Below, piece after piece: positions 10,682-20,183 of a stretch of 64,000 bases of DNA. Made by a program: the position numbers and the translations under genes. Position 1 is the stretch's first letter. Each line of letters opens with the position of its first letter. The stretch comes from Capsulimonadaceae bacterium (GTDB lineage Bacteria > Armatimonadota > Armatimonadia > Armatimonadales > Capsulimonadaceae). The notes below the pieces were generated by a model. The model was not told the origin of the DNA. It was given only the letters and a program-made list of their open reading frames with translations, and ran no database searches. The stretch spans positions 4,512,001 to 4,576,000 of the forward strand of contig OZ244065.1 in assembly GCA_965215505.1 (NCBI GenBank), read 5' to 3'.

Positions 10682-10723
10682 CCTGCCCCGGCGTGCCCGT
10701 CGACTGCGCCGGAGAGCCATGAC

Positions 10724-11524
10724 TTACGGGGCCGCCACGAGCCATCGGAAGGCTGCTCCGATTTGGTAGCTGCCATCCTCACGACAAAACGGTGCCAATG
10801 CGGCGGCATGTGCCTGGTTGACCGCCTCCTCGCTTGAGTTCTCCGCCGCGCGGACGGCGACACCGGAGGAGCCGAGGCCTCGCAAGGCAATTTCCAAGTC
10901 CGGGTACTGCCACACACACGCAACATCCCTGACTTCCAACGGCTTGAGGCCCGCTGCCGTGGCAAAGGTTGTCAGCGCCGCCGCATCGGACAACGCGAAC
11001 GGCCCCGGTGCGCCCGGCGGAGGCGGCGGCAGCAGAGGCCGCAGCGCGCTCACCAAGGAAGCCGCCTCCATCCCTTCCGGGCTGCCCCAGGTCATCACGA
11101 CGACGCGCCCGGTCGGCTTCGTGATTCGCTTTGCTTCTGCAAGTGCGATGACTGGACTTGCCGCGTATTGGAAGGAATTGAAGCCGGTGACAACATCAAA
11201 CACACCGTCTGAAAACGGAAGTTCCTCTAGTTCCCCTAATCGCAAGTCCGCCCTCGGCACTCTTGCGCGGGCGAGACTGAGGAGAGCGTCTGCCGCGTCG
11301 AGGCCGGAGACGTGTGCGCCCCGTTGTGAGGCGATCAGTGCCGCCATGCCCGCTCCACAGCCCAAATCACAGTAGGAAGTCGCCTGCGTGAGATCAAGGC
11401 CGTTGAATACAGCTTCATAGGCCGCACGAAATTGGCCTTCCTGCACCTCCGCCCAATCTTGGGCGTGCGTTCCCCAAAGGCGGCCATTACTCGCTGCGGT
11501 TTTTGGCATTTCCCTTGCTGTCAT
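10724..11524 (-). CDS. Class I SAM-dependent methyltransferase (distal cassette; own attC absent)
   Basis: DLGCGAG motif I, LPFSDGVFD; begins just after the R' site at 11596-11602. Confidence 0.88.
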   Translation of the reverse strand: MTAREMPKTAASNGRLWGTHAQDWAEVQEGQFRAAYEAVFNGLDLTQATSYCDLGCGAGMAALIASQRGAHVSGLDAADALLSLARARVPRADLRLGELEELPFSDGVFDVVTGFNSFQYAASPVIALAEAKRITKPTGRVVVMTWGSPEGMEAASLVSALRPLLPPPPPGAPGPFALSDAAALTTFATAAGLKPLEVRDVACVWQYPDLEIALRGLGSSGVAVRAAENSSEEAVNQAHAAALAPFCREDGSYQIGAAFRWLVAAP

Positions 11525-11595
11525 GCTCCACCTTTGTCTCGCGGGCGTAGAGTGCTCGACTCTCTGTTGCCTCTCTGCTTAGTCCCCGGTATGGT

Positions 11596-11692
11596 GTCCA
11601 ACGGTGGCGCTCACCGGCGACACCGCCTGCACAGCCAACCGACCTGGCAGAGACAAAGGACAGGGGGCGTCCGGTGCAGCGCGTTGTTGGGC
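11596..11692 (-). mobile_element. Integron attC site
   Basis: Minus strand GCCCAAC (R'') ... GCTGCACCGGAC (L'') ... GCCGGTGAGC (L') ... GTTGGAC (R'); 97 bp imperfect palindrome with two extrahelical bases. Confidence 0.92.
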
Positions 11693-11702
11693 CGCACACG
11701 AC

Positions 11703-12026
11703 TCAGGCTTCGGACAAAGGCTCTTTGGCCGCCTGACTGCGCTTCTTCCTCTCGGCCAAATGGTAAACCGCCATAAATACCATCGGCATACCGCAACCCA
11801 TCGCGATACCCGTTTCCACCGGGGACATCCCCACACTATGATGATAGTTCAATGCTTGAGGCGCAATAGCAAACCCAAGGCGCAGAAGAACGGCTTCGAA
11901 AAAGAAGCCGAGCAGAACGGTGTAAGACCCCTTGTACCTCAGCCGCCAAAGGACAGAAAAGGTAAACAAGAACAACGGGAAGAAAAGCGAGGCTGTTATG
12001 CCAAGGTCGATGAAAAAGTTGCCCAT
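11703..12026 (-). CDS. Cassette-encoded small membrane protein
   Basis: 107-aa ORF with about three hydrophobic helices filling the space between two attC sites. Confidence 0.7.
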   Translation of the reverse strand: MGNFFIDLGITASLFFPLFLFTFSVLWRLRYKGSYTVLLGFFFEAVLLRLGFAIAPQALNYHHSVGMSPVETGIAMGCGMPMVFMAVYHLAERKKRSQAAKEPLSEA

Positions 12027-12088
12027 TCGTGTTTCCAAATACTTCTGTCTCTGAAAGCGTCGGCTATTAGGAACGGCTACTTTGTGCG

Positions 12089-12187
12089 GCCCAACGGTGG
12101 CGCTCACCGGCGGCACCTGACTGCACAGCCAGACGACTTTGCAGAGATGCCCCGACAGGTGGCGTCCGGTGCAGCGCAGTGTTGGGC
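12089..12187 (-). mobile_element. Integron attC site
   Basis: GCCCAAC...GCTGCACCGGAC...GCCGGTGAGC...GTTGGGC; 99 bp; similar to the neighbouring attC sites. Confidence 0.92.
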
Positions 12188-12209
12188 CGTCAGGCTGTTG
12201 GAGGCTCAG

Positions 12210-12662
12210 TTATCGACGCTCCGTAAAATAGTGTTGCCAATCGTTCCAAATCGGACACCACCCGGACTTGTGCAACTCGACACCGCGCCTGTAGGGATCA
12301 TCCTCCGCCAATGCCTGTACTGCCTCTTTTGTCTGGCGAACATCCAAGCCCGTAAAGCCCAGCAGGTTTCCCAACAAGAACGCTTTGACCTCGGTTTCGG
12401 TGTCAAGACGGAGCATCCGATGTTCGCCCTGATAAACATCAAATAGCTGACCATCAGAAACATCAAACCGGAAGCCGTCTCCCTCGCGTTTCAGGCCGAA
12501 CCATAGGCTCTCCAAACCATCGGCATTGACGTTTCTTTCTGTTGTCATCCACCCATGAGCAATACCGTCCGGTTCAATCACTGAAAAACTCAAGCCGACC
12601 AGGCTAAGAGCTTCAAGAATATCGTCCAAGGTGTCGGAGATACTAACATTGGTTTGCGCCAT
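12210..12662 (-). CDS. Cassette-encoded hypothetical protein
   Basis: 150-aa ORF from MAQTNV with GAGG RBS, lower GC, bounded by attC sites. Confidence 0.75.
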   Translation of the reverse strand: MAQTNVSISDTLDDILEALSLVGLSFSVIEPDGIAHGWMTTERNVNADGLESLWFGLKREGDGFRFDVSDGQLFDVYQGEHRMLRLDTETEVKAFLLGNLLGFTGLDVRQTKEAVQALAEDDPYRRGVELHKSGWCPIWNDWQHYFTERR

Positions 12663-12683
12663 GATATAAGCCTCTATACTGCG

Positions 12684-12781
12684 GCCCAACGGCAAAGCTC
12701 ACCTGCGACACCGACCCGCACAGCACACTGACCTTGCAGAGACAAGGGACAGGTGGCGTCAGGTGCAGCGCATTGTTAGGC
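12684..12781 (-). mobile_element. Integron attC site
   Basis: GCCTAAC...GCTGCACCTGAC...CAGGTGAGC...GTTGGGC; 98 bp. Confidence 0.9.
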
Positions 12782-12808
12782 TGAACTGCTTGTCCGCCTC
12801 CGCCCGGC

Positions 12809-13078
12809 TCATGATGCCGAACGTGTCAATATCCGCTGTAATCTTCGCAGAGGCTCTGGAAAGGGAGTTTCCTCAAAATCCTGCACCAATTCGACTTCGT
12901 CTTGGGTCAACACTAAGTCTACATCCTGCTCGTGACGATTGATGAATGAAGCTTCATAGTAGGTGAAAGGAGGGCAATTGTCAATGCACCAAATAATTCC
13001 ACAGTCACCTTCTCGTAAATCATCCTCGTCGGGATCATGTCTGAGACGGACTATATCACCATAATCAAGTTTGGTCAT
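12809..13078 (-). CDS. Cassette-encoded DUF4926-like small protein
   Basis: GDIVRL..D....LREGDCGII...YEASF pattern; AGGAGG RBS. Confidence 0.65.
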   Translation of the reverse strand: MTKLDYGDIVRLRHDPDEDDLREGDCGIIWCIDNCPPFTYYEASFINRHEQDVDLVLTQDEVELVQDFEETPFPEPLRRLQRILTRSAS

Positions 13079-13117
13079 AGTTGCCTCCTGACGGCTGGCA
13101 GGGCTTCCGCCAGTGCG

Positions 13118-13140
13118 GCCTAACTAGTATTCAGCCGCAC
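13118..13140 (-). mobile_element. Putative attI site at the start of the cassette array
   Basis: Minus strand GGCTGAA-TACTA-GTTAGGC: R core, 5-nt spacer, degenerate L, with no attC palindrome upstream; GTTAGGC is complementary to the GCCTAAC R'' of the first cassette. Confidence 0.6.
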
Positions 13141-13476
13141 TATTGCGGCAGAACACGCCTCCCCGGTTTCTCTCAAACCTAGCGAGGAGACACCGGCGCA
13201 ATTACCGCACAATCATCCACGGATATGACTTAGCCCCTCGCCGGGACAGGTCAGGAGAACATACCACCTGGATTCCCTCGAATCCTCCCTTGCTTTCGTT
13301 CGACGCACCGTTCGCGCCCGCCCCGACGTGCGCGGCGTCCGCAGCCCCCAAGCCCATTCTCTGTTTCGCCCCTTGACGATCTGCGCCACCGCCGGGGCTT
13401 TTTGTAGTCCCGGCGGCCAGACTGAGGCGGCTGGCCGCTTTTCAGCGCTGGGCAGAACGCTCGCGTCAGGACTGCT

Positions 13477-15019
13477 TCATAATGGACGGTAACGGAAATC
13501 GGCGAAGCGTGCGCCGCCCGTGCCGCTCGCCGCAAGCGCCGGGCGGAGAGATTGAAATCCGTGCAAGGCGTTATTGTTGAAGCCCGACGCATCAACATCG
13601 GCGGCCAGGTTTTGCCAGTCGCGCCCGTTCTCGCTGGCTGAAAAATCGACGCGGTTGTGGCGGTTCTGGACCCTCAAATGCGCCGCGCCCGCCTTCCATG
13701 GGCGGCTCGCCAGCGTTTCTTTCGCCCCGAAAACGCGCACTTGGCCGCCTTTGAGTTCGGCGAACAGCCAGTGTTCGGGGCTGTAAAACAGGCCAATCGC
13801 CGCGCCGCAGCCGTCCTGCGGCGTCGCCGCGACCTGCACCTGGTAGCTCGCATCGCGCGCCATGACGGTGAGCGGCGAGCTATGGCCGGGCGCGTCGCCC
13901 TTGGCCCGCACCGTCAGCGCGCCATGTCCCACCTGGAAACGGCTCATGTCGGTCTCGTCCCACGCGCCCCAGGTCGCCCGGAGGCTGGGCGCGCGGAAAT
14001 CATCCGACAGCCCAATCATCGGGCGCTGCGCGACGCCCATGGGCGCGGGCATCGGCTCGCCGCGCCGTGCGCCAAGCGGCGCGCGCGGCCAGCCGTCCGG
14101 CGTCCACTCGACCGGCTCCATCAGCGTGTGACGGCCCAGCGTTTGCAGCCCGTTCCGGTAGCCGTGGTAGACGAAATACCAGCGGTCGTCGGGCGTCGAA
14201 ACCAGTGTGCCGTGCCCGACCGACCACCAAGCCTCGTCCGCGCTGTAGGTGTGGATGAGCGGGTTGTGCGGCGAGTTCTCCCACGGGCCGAGCGGCGATT
14301 TTGACCGCGCCACGACCGCCATGTGGCTGGTCGGGGGACCGGCGGTGCCGCCCTCCGCGCAGATGAGGTAGTAGTATTCGCCGCGCTTCGTCAGCTTCGG
14401 GCTTTCCAGCCAGAACCCTTCAGTCTTCCACTCCGAGGGGAACTGCCAGCCGTCATAGATTTTCGTCCGCTCCCCGACCGTCGCCAGGCCGTCGGGGCTT
14501 AGTTCAACGGCGTGGCCCCCGGCGGTGTAGAGGTAGCGTTTCCCGTCCGGGCCGACCACATGGCCGGGATCAATGTCGTCAACCTTCAGGCTGATCGGGG
14601 CGCTCCAGGGTCCGCCCGGGTGGTCGGCATGGACGACAAAAATGCCCCCCATCGGGAAATAGATGAAGTAGCGCCCCCATGCTCGACCATCTCGGGTGCC
14701 CAGACCTCTGCGCGCGTGCCCCACATGTCGGCCAGCGCGTGCGAGATCGGCGTCCAGTTGACCATATCGCGCGAGTGCCAGACCACCAACCCCGGCGCGT
14801 AGCGGTAGGAAGTGTGGGTGAAGTAAAAATCACCGCCCACGCGCAGGATCGTGGGGTCGGCGAAGTCGCCGGCGAACAGCGGGTTTTGGAACTCGGCGGC
14901 GTGGCTCTTGGGGCGATCTCCCCCCACGCCGCCGGGAAGCGGCCCGCCAGCGTCGCCGCCGATGCGCCTGCCGCGAGCTGAAGCAGAGCGCGGCGCGAGA
15001 GTCTGTCATCGTTTGGCAT
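13477..15019 (-). pseudogene. GH43 beta-xylosidase/arabinofuranosidase with Tat signal, split by two 1-nt frameshifts (possibly sequencing errors)
   Basis: SRRALL Tat leader; NPLFAGDFADPTI, WAP, IDPG, ESPKL and GHG motifs spread over three frames; shifts at C/G runs near 14910 and 14675. Confidence 0.85.
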
Positions 15020-15090
15020 CGTCTAGTATCCTCGCGCCATTATACTGCAACTGCGGCCCTGGTGCAAGCCGGGCTGCGGCGCGAGGCCCA

Positions 15091-15229
15091 GACCATGCGT
15101 TGAAACGCACGGCTAGACGGCCTGCGGCCCGGAAGCGCCGCTTCGCGGGGCTAACATCCTTTCCCGAGTGCCGCGAAGCGCTACTTCCTGGCGTCCTCGC
15201 CGCGTAGCCGTGCGTTTCAACGCATGGTC
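15091..15229. repeat. REPIN-like long hairpin (GTAG REP with TTTCAA loop)
   Basis: Perfect 25-bp inverted repeat GACCATGCGTTGAAACGCACGGCTA (15091-15115 / 15205-15229) plus imperfect inner arms. Confidence 0.8.
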
Positions 15230-15275
15230 CGAACTGCCATAGCAGCCTCGGTGCAAGGCCCGCCCCCGCCGGGTC

Positions 15276-15304
15276 TTGACAACCCGCCCCAAAAATGCTA
15301 CCCT
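15276..15304 (+). promoter_or_regulatory. Promoter for a leaderless rbsK transcript
   Basis: TTGACA-N17-TACCCT with extended TG, 6 nt before ATG 15311. Confidence 0.65.
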
Positions 15305-15310
15305 CTACCC

Positions 15311-16279
15311 ATGAGCGATGCCGCCACAGGCCCACCCGCCGGCCCGCCTCCGAGGAGAACACATGTGGTCGTGGTCGGCAGCGCGAACACGGACATGACG
15401 GCGCGCGTCGCGCGCCTGCCTGGGCCGGGCGAAACGGTTCTGGGCACCGGCTTCGAGAGCCTGCCGGGCGGCAAGGGCGCGAATCAAGCCGTGGCGGCGG
15501 CCCGGCTGGGCGCGTCCGTGACCTTCATCGCCTGCGTCGGCGCAGACGGGCTGGGCGACGACATGGTGCTGGGCCTGGAGGCCGAGGGCATCAACACCCG
15601 TTACGTCGTCCGCGACCCGGACGCGCCGACGGGCGTCGCGCTCATCACCGTGGACGAGGCGACCGGCGAGAACGTGATCGTCGTGGCCTCGGGGGCGAAC
15701 GCCAAGCTGAGCGTCGGGCTGATAGACATGGCCCAAGATGCCATCCGCGACGCCGACGTGCTGGTCTGCCAGCTCGAATCGCCGCTGGAGACGGTCACGG
15801 CGGCGTTGAAGCTGGCGCGGGCGGCGGGGAAGACGACGATCCTCAACCCCGCTCCGGCGCAGTCCCTGTCCGACGCACTGCTGGCGCTGGTGTCCGTCCT
15901 GACGCCGAACGAAACCGAAGATGCTTTGCTGGCGGGGGATGCTTCCCTGTCGCCCGAGTCTGCGGCAAAGATGCTGCTGGCGCGGGGTGTCGGACAAGTC
16001 GCGGTGACGCTGGGCGCGGCGGGCGTCCTGCTGGTGACCTCGGACGGCGAGGCGCGCATTCCGGGCCGGGCCGTGGCGCAGGCCGTGGACACGACGGCGG
16101 CGGGCGACTGCTTCACCGGTGCCCTGGCCGTGGCCTTGGGCGAGGGGAGACCTTTGGAAGAGGCGGCGGCCTTCGCCAACGCCGCCGCCGCGCTGAGTGT
16201 GACGAAATCCGGCGCGCAGCCGTCCCTGCCGTCCCGGTTTGAGGTGGAAGAGTTTTTGGCCGGTGTCCCACGGGGCTGA
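15311..16279 (+). CDS. rbsK: Ribokinase
   Basis: [33 protein letters not shown]. Confidence 0.95.
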   Translation: MSDAATGPPAGPPPRRTHVVVVGSANTDMTARVARLPGPGETVLGTGFESLPGGKGANQAVAAARLGASVTFIACVGADGLGDDMVLGLEAEGINTRYVVRDPDAPTGVALITVDEATGENVIVVASGANAKLSVGLIDMAQDAIRDADVLVCQLESPLETVTAALKLARAAGKTTILNPAPAQSLSDALLALVSVLTPNETEDALLAGDASLSPESAAKMLLARGVGQVAVTLGAAGVLLVTSDGEARIPGRAVAQAVDTTAAGDCFTGALAVALGEGRPLEEAAAFANAAAALSVTKSGAQPSLPSRFEVEEFLAGVPRG

Positions 16280-16425
16280 ACCCCCGTGCCTCGGTAGTGC
16301 AAGCCCCCGCCTCCGCGGGCGAAGATTCCAAACGCTCCGATGCCCGCGCCTCCTAGTCGCTCCGCTCCATAGCGGAGTGAAAGGCGGGGAGTTGCTTTTC
16401 TAAAGCCCAGGGGTTCAGCCCTGGG
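16269..16425. repeat. REP dyad (TTCAG loop)
   Basis: CACGGGG-CTGAAC-CCCCGTG (16269-16288) and inverted CCCAGGG-GTTCAG-CCCTGGG (16406-16425). Confidence 0.6.
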
Positions 16426-16446
16426 GATGTCAGGTATCTGTTTATT

Positions 16447-17919
16447 ATGACCAATGTTCGCGTGCGCTTCGCGCCGTCCCCGACCGGGGCGCTGCACATC
16501 GGCGGCATCCGCACCGCCTTCTGGGACTGGCTGTATGCCCGGCACACCGGCGGGACCTTCGTCCTGCGGATCGAGGACACCGACAAGAACCGCGAGACGG
16601 CGGACGGCGTCCAGGTCATCCTCGACTCGCTGCGCGAGTACGGGCTGGACTACGACGAGGGGCCGGAGAAGGGCGGGCCGCACGCGCCCTACATCCAGTC
16701 GCAGCGGCTCCCCCTCTACCACAAGTACGCCGAACAGCTCATCGCCGAGGGCAAAGCCTACCGGGCCTACGACACGCCCGAGGAGCTGGCCCGGATGCGC
16801 GAGAACCAGCAGAAGCGCGGCCTGCCGCCCGGCTATGACCGCCGCCATCGGCATTTAAACGACGCCGAGCGGGCCGACTATGAGAGGACGCGCGGCGAGT
16901 TTGCCACCGTCCGCTTCGCCGTGCCCCTGGAGGGCAAGACGACGTTTGAAGATGCCGTCTACGGGGAGATCACGGTCGAGAACCGCATCCTGGAAGACGC
17001 CATCCTGCTGAAGTCCGACGGCTACCCGACTTATCATCTGGCCGCGCAAGTAGACGACCACCTGATGGAGATCTCGCATGTGCTGCGCGGCGAGGAGTGG
17101 CTGCCCTCCGCGCCCATGCACATCCTGATTCACCGGGCTTTAGGCTGGGAGCCGCCGATCTACGCCCACCTGCCCGTGATGATGGGGCCGGACAAGAAGA
17201 AGTTCGGCAAGCGCAACGGGGCACTTGGGGCGTTGGAGTATCCCAAGCAGGGCTATTTGCGGGCGGCCTCGCTGAACTTCCTCGCCATGCAGGGCTGGTC
17301 GCCCAAGGAGGAGCGCGACCTGTTCACGGTGCCCGAGCTAGTGGAGCGGTTCGACCTTGACGGCATCCTGAACCGCTCGCCGATCAGCGACCCCGAGAAG
17401 TTGCTCTGGTTCAATGGCCAGTACATCCGGCAATTAACGCTGCCGGACCTCGCCGCCCAGACCCTGCCGTTCCTGCGCGAAGCGGGCCTGGTCGGTGCCG
17501 ATTCGGACGCCCAAACGCTGGACTACATCGGCCGCGTCCTGGCCTTGGAGCAGGAGCGGATGAAGACCCTGGCCGAAGCGCCCGCCCTGGCCGACTTCTT
17601 CCTGCTAGGCGACGACGAGTATCTGTTCGACGACAAGGCCGTCGCCAAATGGTTCACGAGTCCCGGCATCGGCGACCGTCTGCGCCGCGTCCGCGCGGGC
17701 TTCGCAGACGTGGAAGTGTTCGACGAGGCGGCGACCGAGCAGGTCGTCCGGGACACCATCACGGAGTTCGAGGTCAAGGGCGGCGAGGTCATCCACCCCG
17801 TCCGCGTCGCCCTCTCAGGCCGGACGACCGGGCCTGGCCTGTTCGAGATGATCGCCGTTCTGGGCCGCGAACGCTGCCTGCGCCGTCTGGACCGGGCGCT
17901 GGGGATGGTGGGGGCCTGA
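16447..17919 (+). CDS. gltX: Glutamate--tRNA ligase
   Basis: RFAPSPTG, HIGG, LRIEDTD, KKFGKR, C-terminal PVRVALSG...GPGLF. Confidence 0.97.
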   Translation: MTNVRVRFAPSPTGALHIGGIRTAFWDWLYARHTGGTFVLRIEDTDKNRETADGVQVILDSLREYGLDYDEGPEKGGPHAPYIQSQRLPLYHKYAEQLIAEGKAYRAYDTPEELARMRENQQKRGLPPGYDRRHRHLNDAERADYERTRGEFATVRFAVPLEGKTTFEDAVYGEITVENRILEDAILLKSDGYPTYHLAAQVDDHLMEISHVLRGEEWLPSAPMHILIHRALGWEPPIYAHLPVMMGPDKKKFGKRNGALGALEYPKQGYLRAASLNFLAMQGWSPKEERDLFTVPELVERFDLDGILNRSPISDPEKLLWFNGQYIRQLTLPDLAAQTLPFLREAGLVGADSDAQTLDYIGRVLALEQERMKTLAEAPALADFFLLGDDEYLFDDKAVAKWFTSPGIGDRLRRVRAGFADVEVFDEAATEQVVRDTITEFEVKGGEVIHPVRVALSGRTTGPGLFEMIAVLGRERCLRRLDRALGMVGA

Positions 17920-17920
17920 T

Positions 17921-18118
17921 ATGGAACTGCTGCGGCGGATACGTCGATCTTTTCGGAGGTTCGGGAACCGTCCCGGCGTATGCCCTGACTGCGATTCGGA
18001 GGACGTTACTCTAAAGATGACCGAATGGATCATCGGCGCTCAGGTTGAGAACGCGGGCCGAACCGCCTTCCTTCGGCTCTGTGAAACCTGCGGGCACGAG
18101 TGGCAAAGGAAGCCATAA
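17921..18118 (+). CDS. Small zinc-ribbon protein
   Basis: CPDC...CETCGHEW; starts 1 nt after the gltX stop. Confidence 0.55.
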   Translation: MELLRRIRRSFRRFGNRPGVCPDCDSEDVTLKMTEWIIGAQVENAGRTAFLRLCETCGHEWQRKP

Positions 18119-18174
18119 ACATGTCACCCATCTGCCCGCTCCGCCAAGCAATCGGTCACTACTTATTTTTCACG

Positions 18175-18217
18175 CTTCCCTAACAGGGAAGGGTCGGCGC
18201 TCGCGCCGGGGTTAGGT
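18175..18217. repeat. REP-like double hairpin, copy 2
   Basis: CTTCCCTAACAGGGAAGGGTCGGCGCTCGCGCCGGGGTTAGGT; matches the reverse complement of 6797-6842 with variable loops. Confidence 0.65.
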
Positions 18218-18221
18218 TCTT

Positions 18222-18953
18222 ATGGAAATCACGGACGTCAACACGCTGTTCGGGGCCTACCCCGCCCAGCACGCCGACAGCAGCCCCGAGTCGCTGGTCG
18301 AGGTGATGCGCGCGCAGGGCGTGGACTGGTGCCTCGCCCTCTCCACCTGGGGCCTGTTCCACTCAGCGGAAGCGGGCAACGCGGAAACCATGCGGGCCTG
18401 CCAGGCGCACGACCACCTGATCCCCGTCGCCACGGTCAACCCCTGCCACTACTGGGGCCAGGAAGGCATGATCGAGGGCATCGCCGAGGGGGCCTTCGAA
18501 ATGTTCCGGTTCTTCCCGCACCTCCAGGGCTGGCCGCTCGAATTCGCGCCCTTCATGCGGATACTCTCCGTCCTGGGCCGGTCCGCGCGGACGCCCATCA
18601 TGGTGAGCGTCGAGGCGCGCGGCGAGGCGACCCAGCTCCTGCGCCTGCTGGACGACTTCCCGCACCCGGTCATCCTGGCGGGCGTCTCGCCCGCGACCTT
18701 GACCGAGGCCGTCTCGCTGATGCGGGTGCATGAGAACCTGTACGTCGAGACCAGCGCCCTACTCGCGCCCCACGCCCTGCCCCTGCTGCGGGACGCGGCG
18801 GGCATCGGGCGCGTCCTGTTCGGGTCCGACGCGCCGGGGCGCTCGCTGGCCGCCGCGCTCGGCTATGTGCGGGCCTCCGGGCTGTCCCCGGCGGACCAGG
18901 ACGCGGTCCTGTCGGGCAACGCCCAGCGGGTCTGGCACGGCGGGGGAGAATAG
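18222..18953 (+). CDS. Amidohydrolase_2-family TIM-barrel protein
   Basis: PVATVNP, NLYVETS, RVLFGSDAP, SGNAQR. Confidence 0.8.
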   Translation: MEITDVNTLFGAYPAQHADSSPESLVEVMRAQGVDWCLALSTWGLFHSAEAGNAETMRACQAHDHLIPVATVNPCHYWGQEGMIEGIAEGAFEMFRFFPHLQGWPLEFAPFMRILSVLGRSARTPIMVSVEARGEATQLLRLLDDFPHPVILAGVSPATLTEAVSLMRVHENLYVETSALLAPHALPLLRDAAGIGRVLFGSDAPGRSLAAALGYVRASGLSPADQDAVLSGNAQRVWHGGGE

Positions 18954-18956
18954 ATT

Positions 18957-19718
18957 ATGCCGACTCTTGATGTCCACGCCTACTACGGCGCGACGCCCTT
19001 CTCGTCCGACATGGCGACCCGCGACTCGCTGCTGGCGACCCTGCGGCGGGACGGCCTCGACGGGGCCGTACTCATCTCCGGGCTTGCCGCCGACTGCGAC
19101 TTCGTGGCCGGCAACCGGCAGCTCCGCGAGGCCGTCTCGTCCGAGGACGGCCTGTTCGGGTGGGTGACTCTGAACGCGGGCTACCCGGTCGAGTCGCAGG
19201 AGGAGCAGCGGCGGCACATGAACCGGCGCGGCATGGTCGGCGCGGCCCTGTTCGGGACGCCGGGGCGGCCCGTGACCCTGACCGACGCCCGCGAGATATT
19301 GAACGCCCAGCGGCGCTACGCCAAGCCCGTCGCGATCTCGGTCCCCGACGCCGACGCGGTCCACGCCGCCCGGCTGATCGCTGCCGAGTTCCCCGCCATG
19401 CGCTTCGTCTTCCTGGGCATGGGCGGCGAGGACTGGCGCACCGCCGTCGCCGTGGCGAAGCAGCACCTGAACGTCTATCTAGAGGTTTCGGGCAGCCTGG
19501 ACGCCGACAAGGTGGCCCAGGCCTCCTCCGTCGTGACCGCCCGCAAGCTGCTCTACGGCAGCGGCCTGCCCCACGGCAGCCCGCACCTGACGCGCGCCCT
19601 GGTCGAGAGCGCGTCGACCCTGACGCGGTCCGACAGGAACCGCATCCTGTCCGAGAACGCCGCCGCCCTGCTGCGGACCTCGGTCGAGCCGGAAGAGGGG
19701 GAAGACGGGGCGGAATGA
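18957..19718 (+). CDS. Amidohydrolase_2-family TIM-barrel protein
   Basis: DVHAY, HLNVYLEVSG, KLLYGSGLP, ILSENA. Confidence 0.8.
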   Translation: MPTLDVHAYYGATPFSSDMATRDSLLATLRRDGLDGAVLISGLAADCDFVAGNRQLREAVSSEDGLFGWVTLNAGYPVESQEEQRRHMNRRGMVGAALFGTPGRPVTLTDAREILNAQRRYAKPVAISVPDADAVHAARLIAAEFPAMRFVFLGMGGEDWRTAVAVAKQHLNVYLEVSGSLDADKVAQASSVVTARKLLYGSGLPHGSPHLTRALVESASTLTRSDRNRILSENAAALLRTSVEPEEGEDGAE

Positions 19719-19730
19719 GCCGTCACCCGA

Positions 19731-20183
19731 ATGCCTGAAGTCAAGTTCACGGCGCAGAGCTATCTGGCGGCGGCTCAAGAACACCTCTCCGCCTCCCGCC
19801 GTCTGCATGAGGCCGCCTCGTTCTTCCTGGCGCACTACATCGCCGGGCTTGCCGTGGAGTGCATCCTGCGGGCACACGCGCGTCAGGCGGATGACACGTT
19901 CACGGGCAGACACGACCTGAGCCAGCTCGCGGCGCAGGGCAACTTCTTCAGCCTGGCGCGTGGCGGGAAGCAGATCGAGTATGACGCGAAGCTGAACGAG
20001 ATCAACCTGCGCGGGCGGAGCAACCAGCGTTACATGACCGAAAGCCAGTTGCTATCTTATCTGAACAACACCCGGCTGGACTGGCGGGCCCGTGGGGACC
20101 GGATGAAGTACAACAGCAAGCGGATGTACAACCTCGCGGAAGAAACCGTAGGCTTGGGGGTGCTGAAGTGGAAGAACGAATAA
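19731..20183 (+). CDS. HEPN-domain protein
   Basis: A..HL..SRRL....FFLAHYIAGLAVECILRA, HDL, RSNQRY. Confidence 0.75.
   Translation: MPEVKFTAQSYLAAAQEHLSASRRLHEAASFFLAHYIAGLAVECILRAHARQADDTFTGRHDLSQLAAQGNFFSLARGGKQIEYDAKLNEINLRGRSNQRYMTESQLLSYLNNTRLDWRARGDRMKYNSKRMYNLAEETVGLGVLKWKNE

Noticed and set aside
10675-10682. GTTGAC as the R' of a fourth attC
   Set aside because: No R'' or L boxes and it does not fit GTTRRRY; it is better explained as the -35 of the cysK promoter.
11596-12781. Three ~98-bp repeats as a CRISPR array
   Set aside because: Spacers are 400-500 bp and hold whole genes; the repeats have attC R/L box architecture.
13143-13376. ORF beside attI as an integrase remnant
   Set aside because: No tyrosine recombinase motifs seen; low-complexity translation.
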